Below, one piece after another: positions 1 through 10,230 of a stretch of 64,000 nt of DNA. This DNA comes from Candidatus Deferrimicrobiaceae bacterium. GTDB taxonomy: Bacteria > Desulfobacterota > Deferrimicrobia > Deferrimicrobiales > Deferrimicrobiaceae. The translations under genes were made by a program, and so were the position numbers. Within the stretch, counting starts at the first letter, position 1. Each line of letters begins with the position of its first letter. The stretch is from NCBI GenBank assembly GCA_963792415.1, contig CAWBVY010000001.1, positions 160,001 to 224,000 on the forward strand. Reading direction: 5' to 3'. The notes beneath the pieces are model-generated. The model was given only the letters and a program-made list of their open reading frames with translations, did not search any database and was not told the origin of the DNA.

Positions 1-24
1 GTCCCTGACCTGGAAATGATGCAT
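1..24 (-). CDS. lysA: 5' end of probable diaminopimelate decarboxylase (runs off window)
   Basis: Reverse strand reads ATG CAT CAT TTC CAG GTC AGG GAC (MHHFQVRD), like LysA N-termini; argH-lipoprotein-lysA order is common. Only 8 codons visible. Confidence 0.5.
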
Positions 25-28
25 CGAC

Positions 29-169
29 TCACCTCGCCCCGATCGGAGTTGCCGTCGAGCTTTCGCTTTTCCGCGGCTCGGGCATCGCCTTGCGCCCGCA
101 CCCCGCGGCGGATCCGAGCATCGCCAGGAGGAGGACCAGCGCGAGCGCCGCGCGCATGAGCGACATCAT
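29..169 (-). CDS. small lipoprotein (LptM/YifL-like)
   Basis: MMSLMRAALALVLLLAMLGSAAGCGRKAMP: signal peptide, lipobox AAGC, CG.K..P motif; ATGA overlap with argH stop. Confidence 0.7.
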   Translation of the reverse strand: MMSLMRAALALVLLLAMLGSAAGCGRKAMPEPRKSESSTATPIGAR

Positions 170-1539
170 TTTTTCCGGAGCGACGACAGGCGGTCCCGGA
201 CCGCCTCGGCGCCCGTCCCCCCGCGCGTCTTTCGCAGGCGCACGGAATTGGTGAGGGAGATGGCGCTGCGGACGTCCTCGCCGATCGCCTTCGAAAACGC
301 ACGGAGCTCCTTGAGGCTGAGATCCTTCAGACGCGTCCCGCGCTCCTCGCAGTGCCGGACGATCTTCCCGGTGATCTCGTGGGCCTTGCGGAACGGCACT
401 CCCTTCCTCGCGAGGTAGTCCGCGAGGTCGGTGGCCGTGAGGAACCCGTCGTCGCACGCCGCCCGCATCCGCTCCTCGTTCACCGCCATCCCCCGGAGCA
501 GCAGATTCGCCCCGATGAGGCAATCCTGGACGGTCCGGGCCGAATCGAAGACCGGCTCCTTGTCCTCCTGCATGTCCCGGTTGTACGCGAGCGGAAGCCC
601 CTTCATGAGGGTGAGGAGGTTCGTGAGGTTCCCGTAGGCGCGCCCGGTCTTCCCCCGGATGAGTTCGGCCACGTCGGGGTTCTTCTTCTGCGGCATGATG
701 CTGCTCCCGGTGCACAGGGCGTCCGGCAGGGAGAGGAACCGAAACTCCGAGGACGACCAGTACACCATCTCCTCGGCGAGCCGCGAAAGGTGCATCATCG
801 TCACGGCGCACGCGTACAGGAAGTCGGCGGCGAAGTCGCGATCCGACACGGCGTCGACGCTGTTCTCGCACACCCCGTCCATCCCCAGCTCCCGCGCGGT
901 GAACGCGCGGTCCAGCGGGAACGAGGAACCGGCCAGCGCCCCCGCCCCGAGCGGGGAGACGTTCACCCGCCGGCGCGTCTCCCGGAACCGGTCGGCGTCC
1001 CGGGCGAACATCTCCCGGTACGCCAGGAGGTAATGGGAGAAGAGGATCGGCTGGGCCCGCTGGAGATGGGTGTAGCCGGGGAGGACGATCCCGAACAGCT
1101 CTTCGGCCCGGGAGACGACGGTTTCCTCGATCTCCGCGAGGAGTTCGAGAACCTCGTCGATCTCCTCCCGCAGGTACAGCCGGAGATCGGTGGCGACCTG
1201 GTCGTTTCGGCTGCGCCCCGTGTGGAGCTTTCCGCCGACGGGGCCGATACGGCGGATCAGCCGGCGCTCGATCGCCATGTGGATGTCCTCGTCGGAGAGA
1301 TCGAAGGGGAATTTCCCCGATTCGATCTCCCCGCGGATCGCCACCAGGCCCTTGACGATCCGCTCCGCCTCGGCCTTCGGCAGGATCCCCCGCTTCCCCA
1401 GCATCCGCGCGTGGGCGACGCTCCCGGCGATGTCGTGCCGGTAGAGCAGGACGTCGTACGGGATCGAGGCGGTGAACTCCTCCACGAACCGGTCGGTTTC
1501 GCCGCCGAAGCGCCCCCCCCAGGCCTTTTTCTTCGCCAT
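166..1539 (-). CDS. argH: argininosuccinate lyase
   Basis: WGGRF, HTGRSRNDQV, GSSIMPQKKNPD signature. Confidence 0.97.
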   Translation of the reverse strand: MAKKKAWGGRFGGETDRFVEEFTASIPYDVLLYRHDIAGSVAHARMLGKRGILPKAEAERIVKGLVAIRGEIESGKFPFDLSDEDIHMAIERRLIRRIGPVGGKLHTGRSRNDQVATDLRLYLREEIDEVLELLAEIEETVVSRAEELFGIVLPGYTHLQRAQPILFSHYLLAYREMFARDADRFRETRRRVNVSPLGAGALAGSSFPLDRAFTARELGMDGVCENSVDAVSDRDFAADFLYACAVTMMHLSRLAEEMVYWSSSEFRFLSLPDALCTGSSIMPQKKNPDVAELIRGKTGRAYGNLTNLLTLMKGLPLAYNRDMQEDKEPVFDSARTVQDCLIGANLLLRGMAVNEERMRAACDDGFLTATDLADYLARKGVPFRKAHEITGKIVRHCEERGTRLKDLSLKELRAFSKAIGEDVRSAISLTNSVRLRKTRGGTGAEAVRDRLSSLRKK

Positions 1540-1540
1540 G

Positions 1541-2749
1541 TCACCCTTTCCTTTGCTTCAGCATCGACCGGATCTTGAGACGCAGCGCGTTGATCTTGAT
1601 GAATCCGGTCGCGTCCGCCTGGTTGAAGACGGCCTCCTTCTCGAACGTCGCGAAGTCGGTCCGGTAGAGGGAAACGGGGCTCTTCCGGCCGGCCACGGTG
1701 ATCCCGCCCTTGTACAGCTTCAGCCGCGCGGTGCCCGTCACGTTCTCCTGGGTCGCGACGACCATCCCCTTCAGGAGATCCATCTCCGGCGAATACCAGT
1801 AGCCGTTGTAGATGAGCTCCGCGAACCGGGGCATGAGGGAATCGCGCAGGTGCATCACCTCGCGGTCGAGGGTGAGCGATTCGACGGCCCGGTGCGCCGC
1901 GTGCAGGATCGTCCCGCCCGGGGTCTCGTACACGCCGTGGGACTTCATCCCGACGTACCGGTTCTCTACGAGATCGACGCGGCCGATGCCGTGCCTCCCC
2001 CCGAGGGCGTTCAGGTGGGCGAGGAGCTTCGCCGGCCCCATTCTCTTCCCGTTGACCGCCACGGGGATCCCTCCGGCGAAGTCGACCTCGACGTACGCGG
2101 GACGGTTCGGCGCCTTCTCGGGAGACCGGGTGAGGACGAACATGCTCTCGGGCGGCTCCATCCACGGATCCTCGAGAATCCCCCCCTCGAAGCTGATGTG
2201 GAGCAGGTTCCGGTCGCTGGAGTACGGCTTTGCCGCGGTGACCGGCGTCGGGATGCCGCGCTTCTTCGCGTAGTTCACCAGGTCGGTCCGCGAGGCCAGT
2301 TCCCATTCGCGCCACGGGGCGATGACGTGGATCCCGGGCATCAAGGCGTAATAGGTGAGCTCGAAGCGGACCTGGTCGTTCCCCTTTCCGGTCGCGCCGT
2401 GGGAGACCGCGTCGGCATTCTCCCTTCTGGCCACCTCGATCTGCTTCTTTGCGATGAGGGGTCGGGCGATCGAGGTGCCGAGGAGATACTGGCCCTCGTA
2501 GACCGCGTTCGCCATGATCGCGGGGAAGACGAAGTCGCGGACGAACTCGTCCTGCACGTTCTCCACGTAGACCTTCGAGGCGCCGGTCTTCTTCGCCTTG
2601 GCGCGCACGGGGGCCAGCTCCTCTCCCTGCCCGAGATCGGCGACGAAGGCGATCACCTCGCAACCGTAATTCTCGACGAGCCACGCGAGGATGACCGAGG
2701 TGTCCAGCCCTCCCGAATACGCCAGAACGACTTTCTTCACTTTTTTCAA
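1541..2749 (-). CDS. argG: argininosuccinate synthase
   Basis: [27 protein letters not shown]; TTG start at 2749 with GGGAGG RBS. Confidence 0.97.
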   Translation of the reverse strand: MKKVKKVVLAYSGGLDTSVILAWLVENYGCEVIAFVADLGQGEELAPVRAKAKKTGASKVYVENVQDEFVRDFVFPAIMANAVYEGQYLLGTSIARPLIAKKQIEVARRENADAVSHGATGKGNDQVRFELTYYALMPGIHVIAPWREWELASRTDLVNYAKKRGIPTPVTAAKPYSSDRNLLHISFEGGILEDPWMEPPESMFVLTRSPEKAPNRPAYVEVDFAGGIPVAVNGKRMGPAKLLAHLNALGGRHGIGRVDLVENRYVGMKSHGVYETPGGTILHAAHRAVESLTLDREVMHLRDSLMPRFAELIYNGYWYSPEMDLLKGMVVATQENVTGTARLKLYKGGITVAGRKSPVSLYRTDFATFEKEAVFNQADATGFIKINALRLKIRSMLKQRKG

Positions 2750-2769
2750 ATGGTTCCTCCCTGAAACGC

Positions 2770-3684
2770 TCAGTGTTTGATGAATTTTTCGAGTATCGCC
2801 ATCTGGACGTGCAGGCGGTTCTCGGCCTCGTCGAAGACGGCGGAGCTGGACCCCTCGAAAACCGCCTCGGTGATCTCCTCGCCACGATGGGCGGGGAGGC
2901 AGTGCATCACGATCGCCCCGGAGTGCGCCAGCCGCAGCAGCGCCGCGTCGACGCAGTACCCCTTGAAGGCGGCGAGCCGCTTCCGGGCCTCGGCTTCCTG
3001 GCCCATGCTGGTCCAGACGTCCGTGTAAAGAACGTCGGCTCCCCGCGCCGCTTCCGCGGGATCGCGGACGATCCGGACCTCTCCGCGGCCGATCCTCCCC
3101 GCATCCTTTCGAACCGCGGGATCCGGTTCGTACCCCTTCGGGCAGGCGATCCGGAGGTCGAATCCGAGGACGTGGGCCGCCTCGACCCAAGAATTGGCCA
3201 CGTTGTTGCCGTCGCCGATGTACGCCACCCGCATCCTCCGCAGGTCCTTCCCCCGCTCACCCGCGGTCATCAGGTCGGCGAGGATCTGGCACGGGTGGTG
3301 GCCGTCCGTCAGTCCGTTGATCACCGGGACGGTCGCGGCGGCCGCGAACTCGACCGCGGTTTCGTGCCCGAACGTCCGGATCATCACGGCGTCGACGTAC
3401 CGGGAAAGGACGCGCGCCGTGTCCCGGATCGGCTCCCCCCGCCCGATCTGCGTGTCCTGCGGGGACAGGAAGAGCGCGTGGCCGCCCAGCCGGGTCATCG
3501 CGACCTCGAACGAAACACGGGTCCGGGTCGACGCCTTCTGGAAGATCATCGCCAGCGACTTCCCGGCCAGCGGCCGGGGGGCCCGCGGCGATCCTCCACG
3601 GCGCTTCCATGCCATCCCCGACCGGATCAGGGAGAGGATCTCCCCGTCGGAAAGGTCGAGGATCCGGAGCAGGTCCCTCTTCAC
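2770..3684 (-). CDS. argF: ornithine carbamoyltransferase
   Basis: [23 protein letters not shown] motifs; GTGA overlap with argD stop. Confidence 0.96.
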   Translation of the reverse strand: MKRDLLRILDLSDGEILSLIRSGMAWKRRGGSPRAPRPLAGKSLAMIFQKASTRTRVSFEVAMTRLGGHALFLSPQDTQIGRGEPIRDTARVLSRYVDAVMIRTFGHETAVEFAAAATVPVINGLTDGHHPCQILADLMTAGERGKDLRRMRVAYIGDGNNVANSWVEAAHVLGFDLRIACPKGYEPDPAVRKDAGRIGRGEVRIVRDPAEAARGADVLYTDVWTSMGQEAEARKRLAAFKGYCVDAALLRLAHSGAIVMHCLPAHRGEEITEAVFEGSSSAVFDEAENRLHVQMAILEKFIKH

Positions 3685-4883
3685 GACTTCCACCCCTCCA
3701 CCGGCAGGACCGCCGAAAGGATTTCGAGCGCCCGGTCGATCTCCCCCTCCGTCACGATAAGGGGGGGGAGGAACCGCAGGATGTTTCCCGCCGCCGCGTT
3801 GACGACAAGGCCCGCGTCGAGGCACTTCGCAGCGACCGGTTTCGTCTCGCACGCCATCTCGGCGCCCACCATGAGGCCGACGCCCCGGACGCCGAGGATG
3901 TCGGTCCGGCGCGCGGCGATCTCCCGGAGTCCCTCCCGAAGCCGCTCCCCCTTGCGGACGACGTCATCGTAGAAGCCGGGGGATTCCAGGACGTCCATCA
4001 CCGCGAGGGCGGCCGCGCAGCAGACCGGGTTGCCGCCGAAGGTGCTGCCGTGCGTGCCCGGGACGAAAACGGAGGCAACCTCGTCCCGCGCGACGACGGC
4101 TCCCAGCGGAAGACCGTTCGCGATCCCCTTCGCGAGCGTCACCACGTCGGGCACGATGTCGAACCGGCCGGAGGAGAGGAACGCTCCGGTCCGTCCCATC
4201 CCGGTCTGGATCTCGTCGGCGACGAGGAGAATCCCCTTTCCGCGACAGAGGGTTTCCGCCTCCTTCAGGTAGCCGGGCGGGTGCATCCGAACCCCGCTTT
4301 CCCCCTGGATCGGCTCGATGAAAAACGCGCAGACCCGGTCCGTCAGGGCCGCGTCGAGCGCGTCGATGTCGCCGAGAGGGACCGTGGTGAACCCCGGGAG
4401 CATCGGCTCGAACCCCTGGTGGAACTTCGGCTGCGCCGTGGCGGAGAGCCCGCCGTAGGTGCGGCCGTGGAACGACCCCTCCAGGACGACGATCCCGTGC
4501 CTGCCCTCCCCGTGCCGATCGAAGGCCCACCTGCGGACCAGTTTGATCGCCGCCTCGTTCGCCTCCGTCCCGCTGTTGCAGAAGAAGACCTTCCCCCCGG
4601 TCGTGGCGGTGGACAGGCGCTCGCCGAGACGCGCCTGGACCGGGACGTGGAAAAGGTTGGAGACGTGCACCAGGCGATCCGCCTGCTCCGCGATCGCGCG
4701 CGTGACCGCCGGGTGGGCGTGCCCCAGGATCGCAACGGCGATCCCGGCGAGGAAATCGAGGTACGGGTTGCCGAGATCGTCGTACAGCCAGCTCCCCTCG
4801 CCGCGGACGAAGGTCACGGGGAAGCGGGAGTAGTTTCCCATCTGGTACCGCTGCGTCAACGCGATCGCCTCCGCGCCGGTCAT
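3681..4883 (-). CDS. argD: acetylornithine aminotransferase
   Basis: NSGTEANEAAIK, FHGRT, DEIQTG, TLAKG class III aminotransferase motifs; arg operon context. Confidence 0.95.
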   Translation of the reverse strand: MTGAEAIALTQRYQMGNYSRFPVTFVRGEGSWLYDDLGNPYLDFLAGIAVAILGHAHPAVTRAIAEQADRLVHVSNLFHVPVQARLGERLSTATTGGKVFFCNSGTEANEAAIKLVRRWAFDRHGEGRHGIVVLEGSFHGRTYGGLSATAQPKFHQGFEPMLPGFTTVPLGDIDALDAALTDRVCAFFIEPIQGESGVRMHPPGYLKEAETLCRGKGILLVADEIQTGMGRTGAFLSSGRFDIVPDVVTLAKGIANGLPLGAVVARDEVASVFVPGTHGSTFGGNPVCCAAALAVMDVLESPGFYDDVVRKGERLREGLREIAARRTDILGVRGVGLMVGAEMACETKPVAAKCLDAGLVVNAAAGNILRFLPPLIVTEGEIDRALEILSAVLPVEGWKS

Positions 4884-5773
4884 TCCGCACCCTCTCCCTG
4901 GCCCGTCCGAACGATCTCGGTCCCGATCCCGGCGTCCGTGAAGATCTCGAGGAGGACGCTGTGGGGAACCCGCCCGTCGAGGATATGGACCTTCCGGACC
5001 CCCCCGTTCAGCGCCGCCAGCCCGCACTCCACCTTCGGGATCATTCCTCCCGTGATCGCGCCCGTCCGGATGGCGGATTCGGCCTCCGCCCCGGTCATCG
5101 TGGAGATCAGCCCCCCCTTGGCGTCCAGGACGCCCGCCACGTCGGTGAGGAGGATGAACTTCTCCGCGGAGACGGCGGCGGCCACCGCGGCGGCGGCCGT
5201 GTCGCCGTTGATGTTGTAGGCCTCGCCCCCCGCCCCCGCCCCGATGGGGGCGATGACCGGGACGAAGCCGTCGGCCTCGAGGGCCCGCAGCACCTCCGGG
5301 CGCACTTCCTTGACGTCTCCCACCAGTCCCAGGTCGAGCGGTTCGCCGGTTTCCCGGCTCCTAGCAACGCTCTTCGTCGCAAGGAGCAGGCCGCCGTCCT
5401 TGCCGCAAAGCCCGACCGCCTTCCCGCCGAAGGTGTTGATCAGCGCCACGATCCGCTGGTTGACGGTACCGCCGAGGACCATCTCGACCACTTCCATCGC
5501 CTCCGGGGAGGTGACCCGCAGTCCCTCCGCACGCCGCGTGGGGATCGACAGCCTCTCCAGCATCCGGTCGATCTGGGGGCCCCCGCCGTGGATGACCACG
5601 GGCCGAATCCCGACGTATTGAAGCAGGACGATGTCCTGCGCGAACGACGCCATCCGGGCGTCGTCCTTCATCGCGGCGCCGCCGTACTTCACCACCACCG
5701 TCTTCCCGGTGAACTCCCGGATGTACGGCAACGCCTCGATCAGCGTCTCGGCTTTCCGGATATACCCTTCCAT
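4880..5773 (-). CDS. argB: acetylglutamate kinase
   Basis: VVKYGGAAM, IHGGGPQI, GGMIPKV. Confidence 0.96.
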   Translation of the reverse strand: MEGYIRKAETLIEALPYIREFTGKTVVVKYGGAAMKDDARMASFAQDIVLLQYVGIRPVVIHGGGPQIDRMLERLSIPTRRAEGLRVTSPEAMEVVEMVLGGTVNQRIVALINTFGGKAVGLCGKDGGLLLATKSVARSRETGEPLDLGLVGDVKEVRPEVLRALEADGFVPVIAPIGAGAGGEAYNINGDTAAAAVAAAVSAEKFILLTDVAGVLDAKGGLISTMTGAEAESAIRTGAITGGMIPKVECGLAALNGGVRKVHILDGRVPHSVLLEIFTDAGIGTEIVRTGQGEGAE

Positions 5774-5792
5774 CTCTCCCCCCGCGCGGCCC

Positions 5793-7169
5793 TCAGAGGA
5801 TATAGCGGCTGAGGTCCGAGTCCTTCACGATCCCGGCGAGCCGCTCCTCGACATAGGGGCGGGTGACGACCACCTCCTGCCCGGAGATCTCCGGCGCCGA
5901 GAACAGGAGGTCGTCCAGCAGGCGCTCCATCACCGTGTGGAGGCGACGGGCGCCGATGTTCTCCGTACGGTCGTTCACCTCGCACGCCATCTCGGCGATC
6001 CGCAGAACCGCCTCGGGGGTGAAGGAGAGCCGGACCCCCTCGGCCGACAGCATCGCCTCGTACTGCCGCGTGAGCGCGCCGTGGGGCTCGGTCAGGATCC
6101 GCGCGAAATCCTCCCGGGTAAGGGGCAGCAGCTCCACCCGGATCGGGAAACGCCCCTGCAACTCCGGGATGAGGTCGGACGGCTTGTTCGCGTGGAACGC
6201 CCCCGCGGCGACGAACAGGATGTGGTCGGTCCGCACGACACCGTGCTTCGTGTGGACGGCGGATCCCTCGACGACCGGCAGCAGGTCCCGCTGGACCCCC
6301 TGACGGGAGACGTCGGGTCCCTGGAGCGATTCCCGGCCGGCGATCTTGTCGATCTCGTCGAGAAACACGATCCCCGACTGTTCGGTGCGCTCGACCGCCA
6401 TCTGCTTTACGCGCTCCGTGTCGACCCGGCGTTCCGCCTCCTCCTGCTCGAGGAAGCCGAGCGCCTCGGCGACCCGCATCCGCTTCCTCCGCGTCCGTTT
6501 CGGAAACAGGCCGGAGAGCATCTCCTGGAGGTTCCCCTCCATCCCCTCCGGGGGGCCGCCACCGAGCCCCGCGATGTCGAGCACCGGCACCGCCGTTTCC
6601 TTGAATTCGACCTCGACGGTGCGATCCGAGAGCTTCCCCGCCCGAAGCATGGCGCGGAAGCGCTCCCTCGTATCCGCCGCCCCGACATCGGCAACGGGGG
6701 TCGCGTCCCCCTCCTTCGCCGGGGTGCGCGGGAGCAGCAGGTCGAGGAGCCGCTCCTCGGCGGCGGCCTTCGCCTGGTCGGCGACTTTTTCCATCTCCTC
6801 CGAGCGAACCATCCGTACGGCGATCTCGACGAGATCCCGGATCATCGACTCGACGTCGCGCCCCACGTACCCGACCTCGGTGAACTTCGAGGCCTCCACC
6901 TTGACGAAGGGCGCCTGGGTCAACCTGGCGAGCCTCCGCGCGATCTCGGTCTTCCCGACCCCGGTCGGGCCGACCATTATGATGTTCTTCGGGACGATCT
7001 CGTCCCGCAGCTCCGCGGGGACCTGCAGCCGACGCCAGCGGTTCCGCAGCGCGATCGCGACCGCGCGCTTCGCCTCCGCCTGCCCGACGATGTGCCGGTC
7101 GAGCTCGGCGACGATCTCCCGTGGGATCAACGCGCGGATCCCCTCGGACTCCGGCTCCGCGCGCGTCAT
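5793..7169 (-). CDS. hslU: ATP-dependent protease ATPase subunit
   Basis: [38 protein letters not shown]-terminal DLSRYIL. Confidence 0.97.
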   Translation of the reverse strand: MTRAEPESEGIRALIPREIVAELDRHIVGQAEAKRAVAIALRNRWRRLQVPAELRDEIVPKNIIMVGPTGVGKTEIARRLARLTQAPFVKVEASKFTEVGYVGRDVESMIRDLVEIAVRMVRSEEMEKVADQAKAAAEERLLDLLLPRTPAKEGDATPVADVGAADTRERFRAMLRAGKLSDRTVEVEFKETAVPVLDIAGLGGGPPEGMEGNLQEMLSGLFPKRTRRKRMRVAEALGFLEQEEAERRVDTERVKQMAVERTEQSGIVFLDEIDKIAGRESLQGPDVSRQGVQRDLLPVVEGSAVHTKHGVVRTDHILFVAAGAFHANKPSDLIPELQGRFPIRVELLPLTREDFARILTEPHGALTRQYEAMLSAEGVRLSFTPEAVLRIAEMACEVNDRTENIGARRLHTVMERLLDDLLFSAPEISGQEVVVTRPYVEERLAGIVKDSDLSRYIL

Positions 7170-7708
7170 GACGCCTCGATCTCCTCGGACACGATGTTCC
7201 CGTTCGTGAAGACGCAGATCTCCGATGCGATCCGCACGGCCTCCCGGGCGATCTCCCCGGCCGGCAGGTCCGAATGGAGAAGGAGCGCGCGCGCGGCCGC
7301 GAGGGCGAACGAACCGCCCGAACCGATCCCGACCACGCCGTCGTCCGGCTCGACCACGTCCCCGGTCCCCGACAGGAGCATGAGGTCCTTCCCGTCGGTA
7401 ACGACCATCAGCGCCTCGAGCCTTCGAAGGACGCGGTCCGTGCGCCAATCCTTCGCCAGTTCCACGGCGGCCCGCCGCAGGTTCCCCCGGAACTCCGACA
7501 GCTTCGCCTCGAACTTCTCGAACAGGGTGAACGCATCGGCGGTGCTCCCGGCGAATCCCGCGACCACGTGCCCGTCATGGAGCCGCCGGATCTTCTTCGC
7601 CGTACGCTTGAGCACGACATTCCCCATCGTCACCTGGCCGTCCCCCGCGATGGCGACCCGCCCCCCGCGAGCGACGGCGACGATCGTGGTTCCACGGAAC
7701 TCCGTCAC
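7166..7708 (-). CDS. hslV: ATP-dependent protease peptidase subunit
   Basis: [26 protein letters not shown]. Confidence 0.97.
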   Translation of the reverse strand: MTEFRGTTIVAVARGGRVAIAGDGQVTMGNVVLKRTAKKIRRLHDGHVVAGFAGSTADAFTLFEKFEAKLSEFRGNLRRAAVELAKDWRTDRVLRRLEALMVVTDGKDLMLLSGTGDVVEPDDGVVGIGSGGSFALAAARALLLHSDLPAGEIAREAVRIASEICVFTNGNIVSEEIEAS

Positions 7709-8709
7709 TTTCCCCTCCCCTCACGTCGTGAGATCCGCGGGCGGGTCGCGAGCGGATGCGCCACCTCGTACGTCCGGACGAGGTGGCTCACGTTGACCCG
7801 CGCGTACCGCTGCGTCGTCGAGAGCGAGGCGTGTCCGAGCATCTCCTGGATCGCGCGGAGGTCCGCCCCCGATTCGAGCAGGTGGGTGGCGAAGGAGTGC
7901 CGCATCCCGTGGGGCGAGAGGTGTCGACCGATCGCGCCGACCCGCGCGTCGAGCCGCTCCCTGAGGATCCTCGCCACGCTTCTTGGAGAGATCCCCCGTC
8001 CCGATTCCCTCCCGACGCTCCCCCGCAGGTTGAGGAAGAGCGGCTCGTCCAGCCCGCTCCGGAACTTCCCCCCGTGTGCGGCGGGCCGGACGGCCAGGTA
8101 CTTCCCGAGCGCGGCAACCGCCTTCCCGCCGACGGGGACGACGCGAACCTTTCTCCCCTTCCCCGTGACGCGGACGGTGCAGGACTCGATGGAGAGGTCC
8201 CGCATCCGCAGGGAACAGAGTTCCCCGACGCGAAGCCCGGAGGAGTACAGAAGCTCGAGGATCGCGGCGTCCCGCTTCTCCCGGAGGGTCCCGCAGGGAA
8301 GATCCCGCAGGAAAGCGTCCATCTCGTCGACGGGGAGAAACTCCGGCAGCCGCATCGCCCTCCGCGGCGCGGGGATCCCCACGGCGGGGTTCGCGCCGAT
8401 CTCTCCGTGCGCGACGAGAAACTCGAGGAAGGTCCGGATCGCGGACACCTTGCGGGCGGCGGTCGCGGGACGGATCTTCTTCCCCGTGTCCCCGCGCGCC
8501 GCGTCGAACTGCAGGGAGAAGAACCGGCGGAGATCCGCGGCGGTCACCTTCGACCAGTCAACGGGTTCCTCGTCCCCCGCGCTCCCGTCTTCCCGCAGGA
8601 ATCGCCGGAGGGATTCCACTTCCCTCCGGTACGCGCGCACGGTTTCCGCCGAAGCGTTCCGCTCGGACGCAAGAAACCCCGTGAACCGCTCGACCACCGG
8701 CTTTCCCAA
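7705..8709 (-). CDS. xerC: tyrosine recombinase XerC
   Basis: [42 protein letters not shown]; trmFO-xerC-hslVU context. Start uncertain (TTG 8709 chosen). Confidence 0.9.
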   Translation of the reverse strand: MGKPVVERFTGFLASERNASAETVRAYRREVESLRRFLREDGSAGDEEPVDWSKVTAADLRRFFSLQFDAARGDTGKKIRPATAARKVSAIRTFLEFLVAHGEIGANPAVGIPAPRRAMRLPEFLPVDEMDAFLRDLPCGTLREKRDAAILELLYSSGLRVGELCSLRMRDLSIESCTVRVTGKGRKVRVVPVGGKAVAALGKYLAVRPAAHGGKFRSGLDEPLFLNLRGSVGRESGRGISPRSVARILRERLDARVGAIGRHLSPHGMRHSFATHLLESGADLRAIQEMLGHASLSTTQRYARVNVSHLVRTYEVAHPLATRPRISRREGRGK

Positions 8710-8928
8710 CGATTGCTTCCCCCCGCACGGCAAAAGAGTTTTGTAACATTTCTACCGCGCCCGTACAAGGCCCCGCCACCGGCGACACGCGCCAAAGGGC
8801 GGTATTCCCGGCGGGAAATGCGGCAGGGAGGACTCAGGTCAAGGCACTGGGGTCTTCTGGAGACATCCCCGGTGTACACCCGGGATGCAGGGAAGGCGCG
8901 TCTCCTGCCCACAACCCACCGGCCAGGA

Positions 8929-10230
8929 TCACAAGGCGGCGAAGCGGCGTATCGCGGCGAGCGCGACCTCGACCTTCCGGTCCTTCCGGTCCCGCTTCCG
9001 CCGCTCCGCCACTTCGGGAAGAAGCCCGAAGTTGGCGTTCATCGGCTGCGGACGGTCCGTACCGGGCGTGGTGATCCGCTCCATCAGCGCTCCGATCATC
9101 GACTCCCGCGGGAAGGGGCTGGGATCCTTCCCGGCGGCTCGAAGCAAAGCGGAAACCGCCGCGACCAACCCGGACGCGATCGACTCGACGTATCCCTCGA
9201 CCCCCGTGATCTGGCCCGCGAAGAAGAGCCCGGGGCGGCTCCGCGACTCCATCCACGGATGGAGGTGCCGTCGGGCATCCAGGAAACTGTTGCGGTGCAC
9301 CGATCCGTATCGAAAATACCCGGCGGAGGAAAGTCCCGGGATCAGCGAAAAGACCCGCTTCTGCTCCGGGTAGGTCAGGCGCGTCTGGAAACCGACCAGA
9401 TTGTACATCGTCCCCGCCGCGTTTTCCTTTCGAAGCTGCACGACGGCGTGAGGGATCCGCCCGGTCTTCGGGTCCCTCAGGCCGACGGGCCGCAGCGGAC
9501 CGAACAGGAGGGTGTCCGGACCGCGCCGGGCGATCTCCTCCACCGGCATGCACCCCTCGAAGTACCTCGGCTCCTCGAAAGACCGCACCGGAACCGTCTC
9601 CGCCGTCAGCAGGGCGGAGAGGAACGCCGCGTACCGTTCCCGATCCATGGGGAGGTTGAGATAATCCCCCGTCCCGACACCGTACCGGTCGGCGACGAAC
9701 GACGCTTCGGGGTCGATCGTCTCGGCGTCCACGATCGGCGATATCGCGTCGTAGAAGTAGAAACCGTCGTCCCCCAGAACGTCGCGAATCGCGGACGCGA
9801 TGGCGTCGGACGCAAGGGGCCCGCAGGCCAGGATCACCAGCGGGTCCCCGGGGACCGTATTCACTTCCTCCTCGTGGACACGGATGCCGGGACAGGACCG
9901 GACCTCCTCCGTGACCCGGCGGCCGAACTCCTCCCGGTCGACCGCCAAAGCCTTCCCCGCCGGTACCCGGGAAGCCTCCGCGATCGGGAGGAGGGCGGAC
10001 CCGAGGATCCGAAGCTCCTCCTTGAGAAGTCCTTTCCCCGAGGTCAGTTCCCCGGAGCCGAGCGAGTTGCTGCACACGAGTTCCGCGAACCTGCCCGACC
10101 GGTGCGCGGGGGTGAGTTTCGTCGGGCGCATCTCGTACAGGTCGACCGCGACGCCGGCGCGGGACAGACGAAGGGCCGCCTCCGAACCGGCGAGACCCGC
10201 GCCCACGACCGTCACGGAGCGTTCAGGCAT
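8929..10230 (-). CDS. trmFO: tRNA m5U54 methyltransferase (FAD/folate-dependent)
   Basis: VVGAGLAGSEAA, AELVCSNS, FAGQITGVEGYVES, QPMNANFG. Confidence 0.96.
   Translation of the reverse strand: MPERSVTVVGAGLAGSEAALRLSRAGVAVDLYEMRPTKLTPAHRSGRFAELVCSNSLGSGELTSGKGLLKEELRILGSALLPIAEASRVPAGKALAVDREEFGRRVTEEVRSCPGIRVHEEEVNTVPGDPLVILACGPLASDAIASAIRDVLGDDGFYFYDAISPIVDAETIDPEASFVADRYGVGTGDYLNLPMDRERYAAFLSALLTAETVPVRSFEEPRYFEGCMPVEEIARRGPDTLLFGPLRPVGLRDPKTGRIPHAVVQLRKENAAGTMYNLVGFQTRLTYPEQKRVFSLIPGLSSAGYFRYGSVHRNSFLDARRHLHPWMESRSRPGLFFAGQITGVEGYVESIASGLVAAVSALLRAAGKDPSPFPRESMIGALMERITTPGTDRPQPMNANFGLLPEVAERRKRDRKDRKVEVALAAIRRFAAL

Noticed and set aside
7705-8709. Tyrosine recombinase as a mobile-element integrase
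   Set aside because: trmFO-xerC-hslVU context indicates housekeeping XerC.
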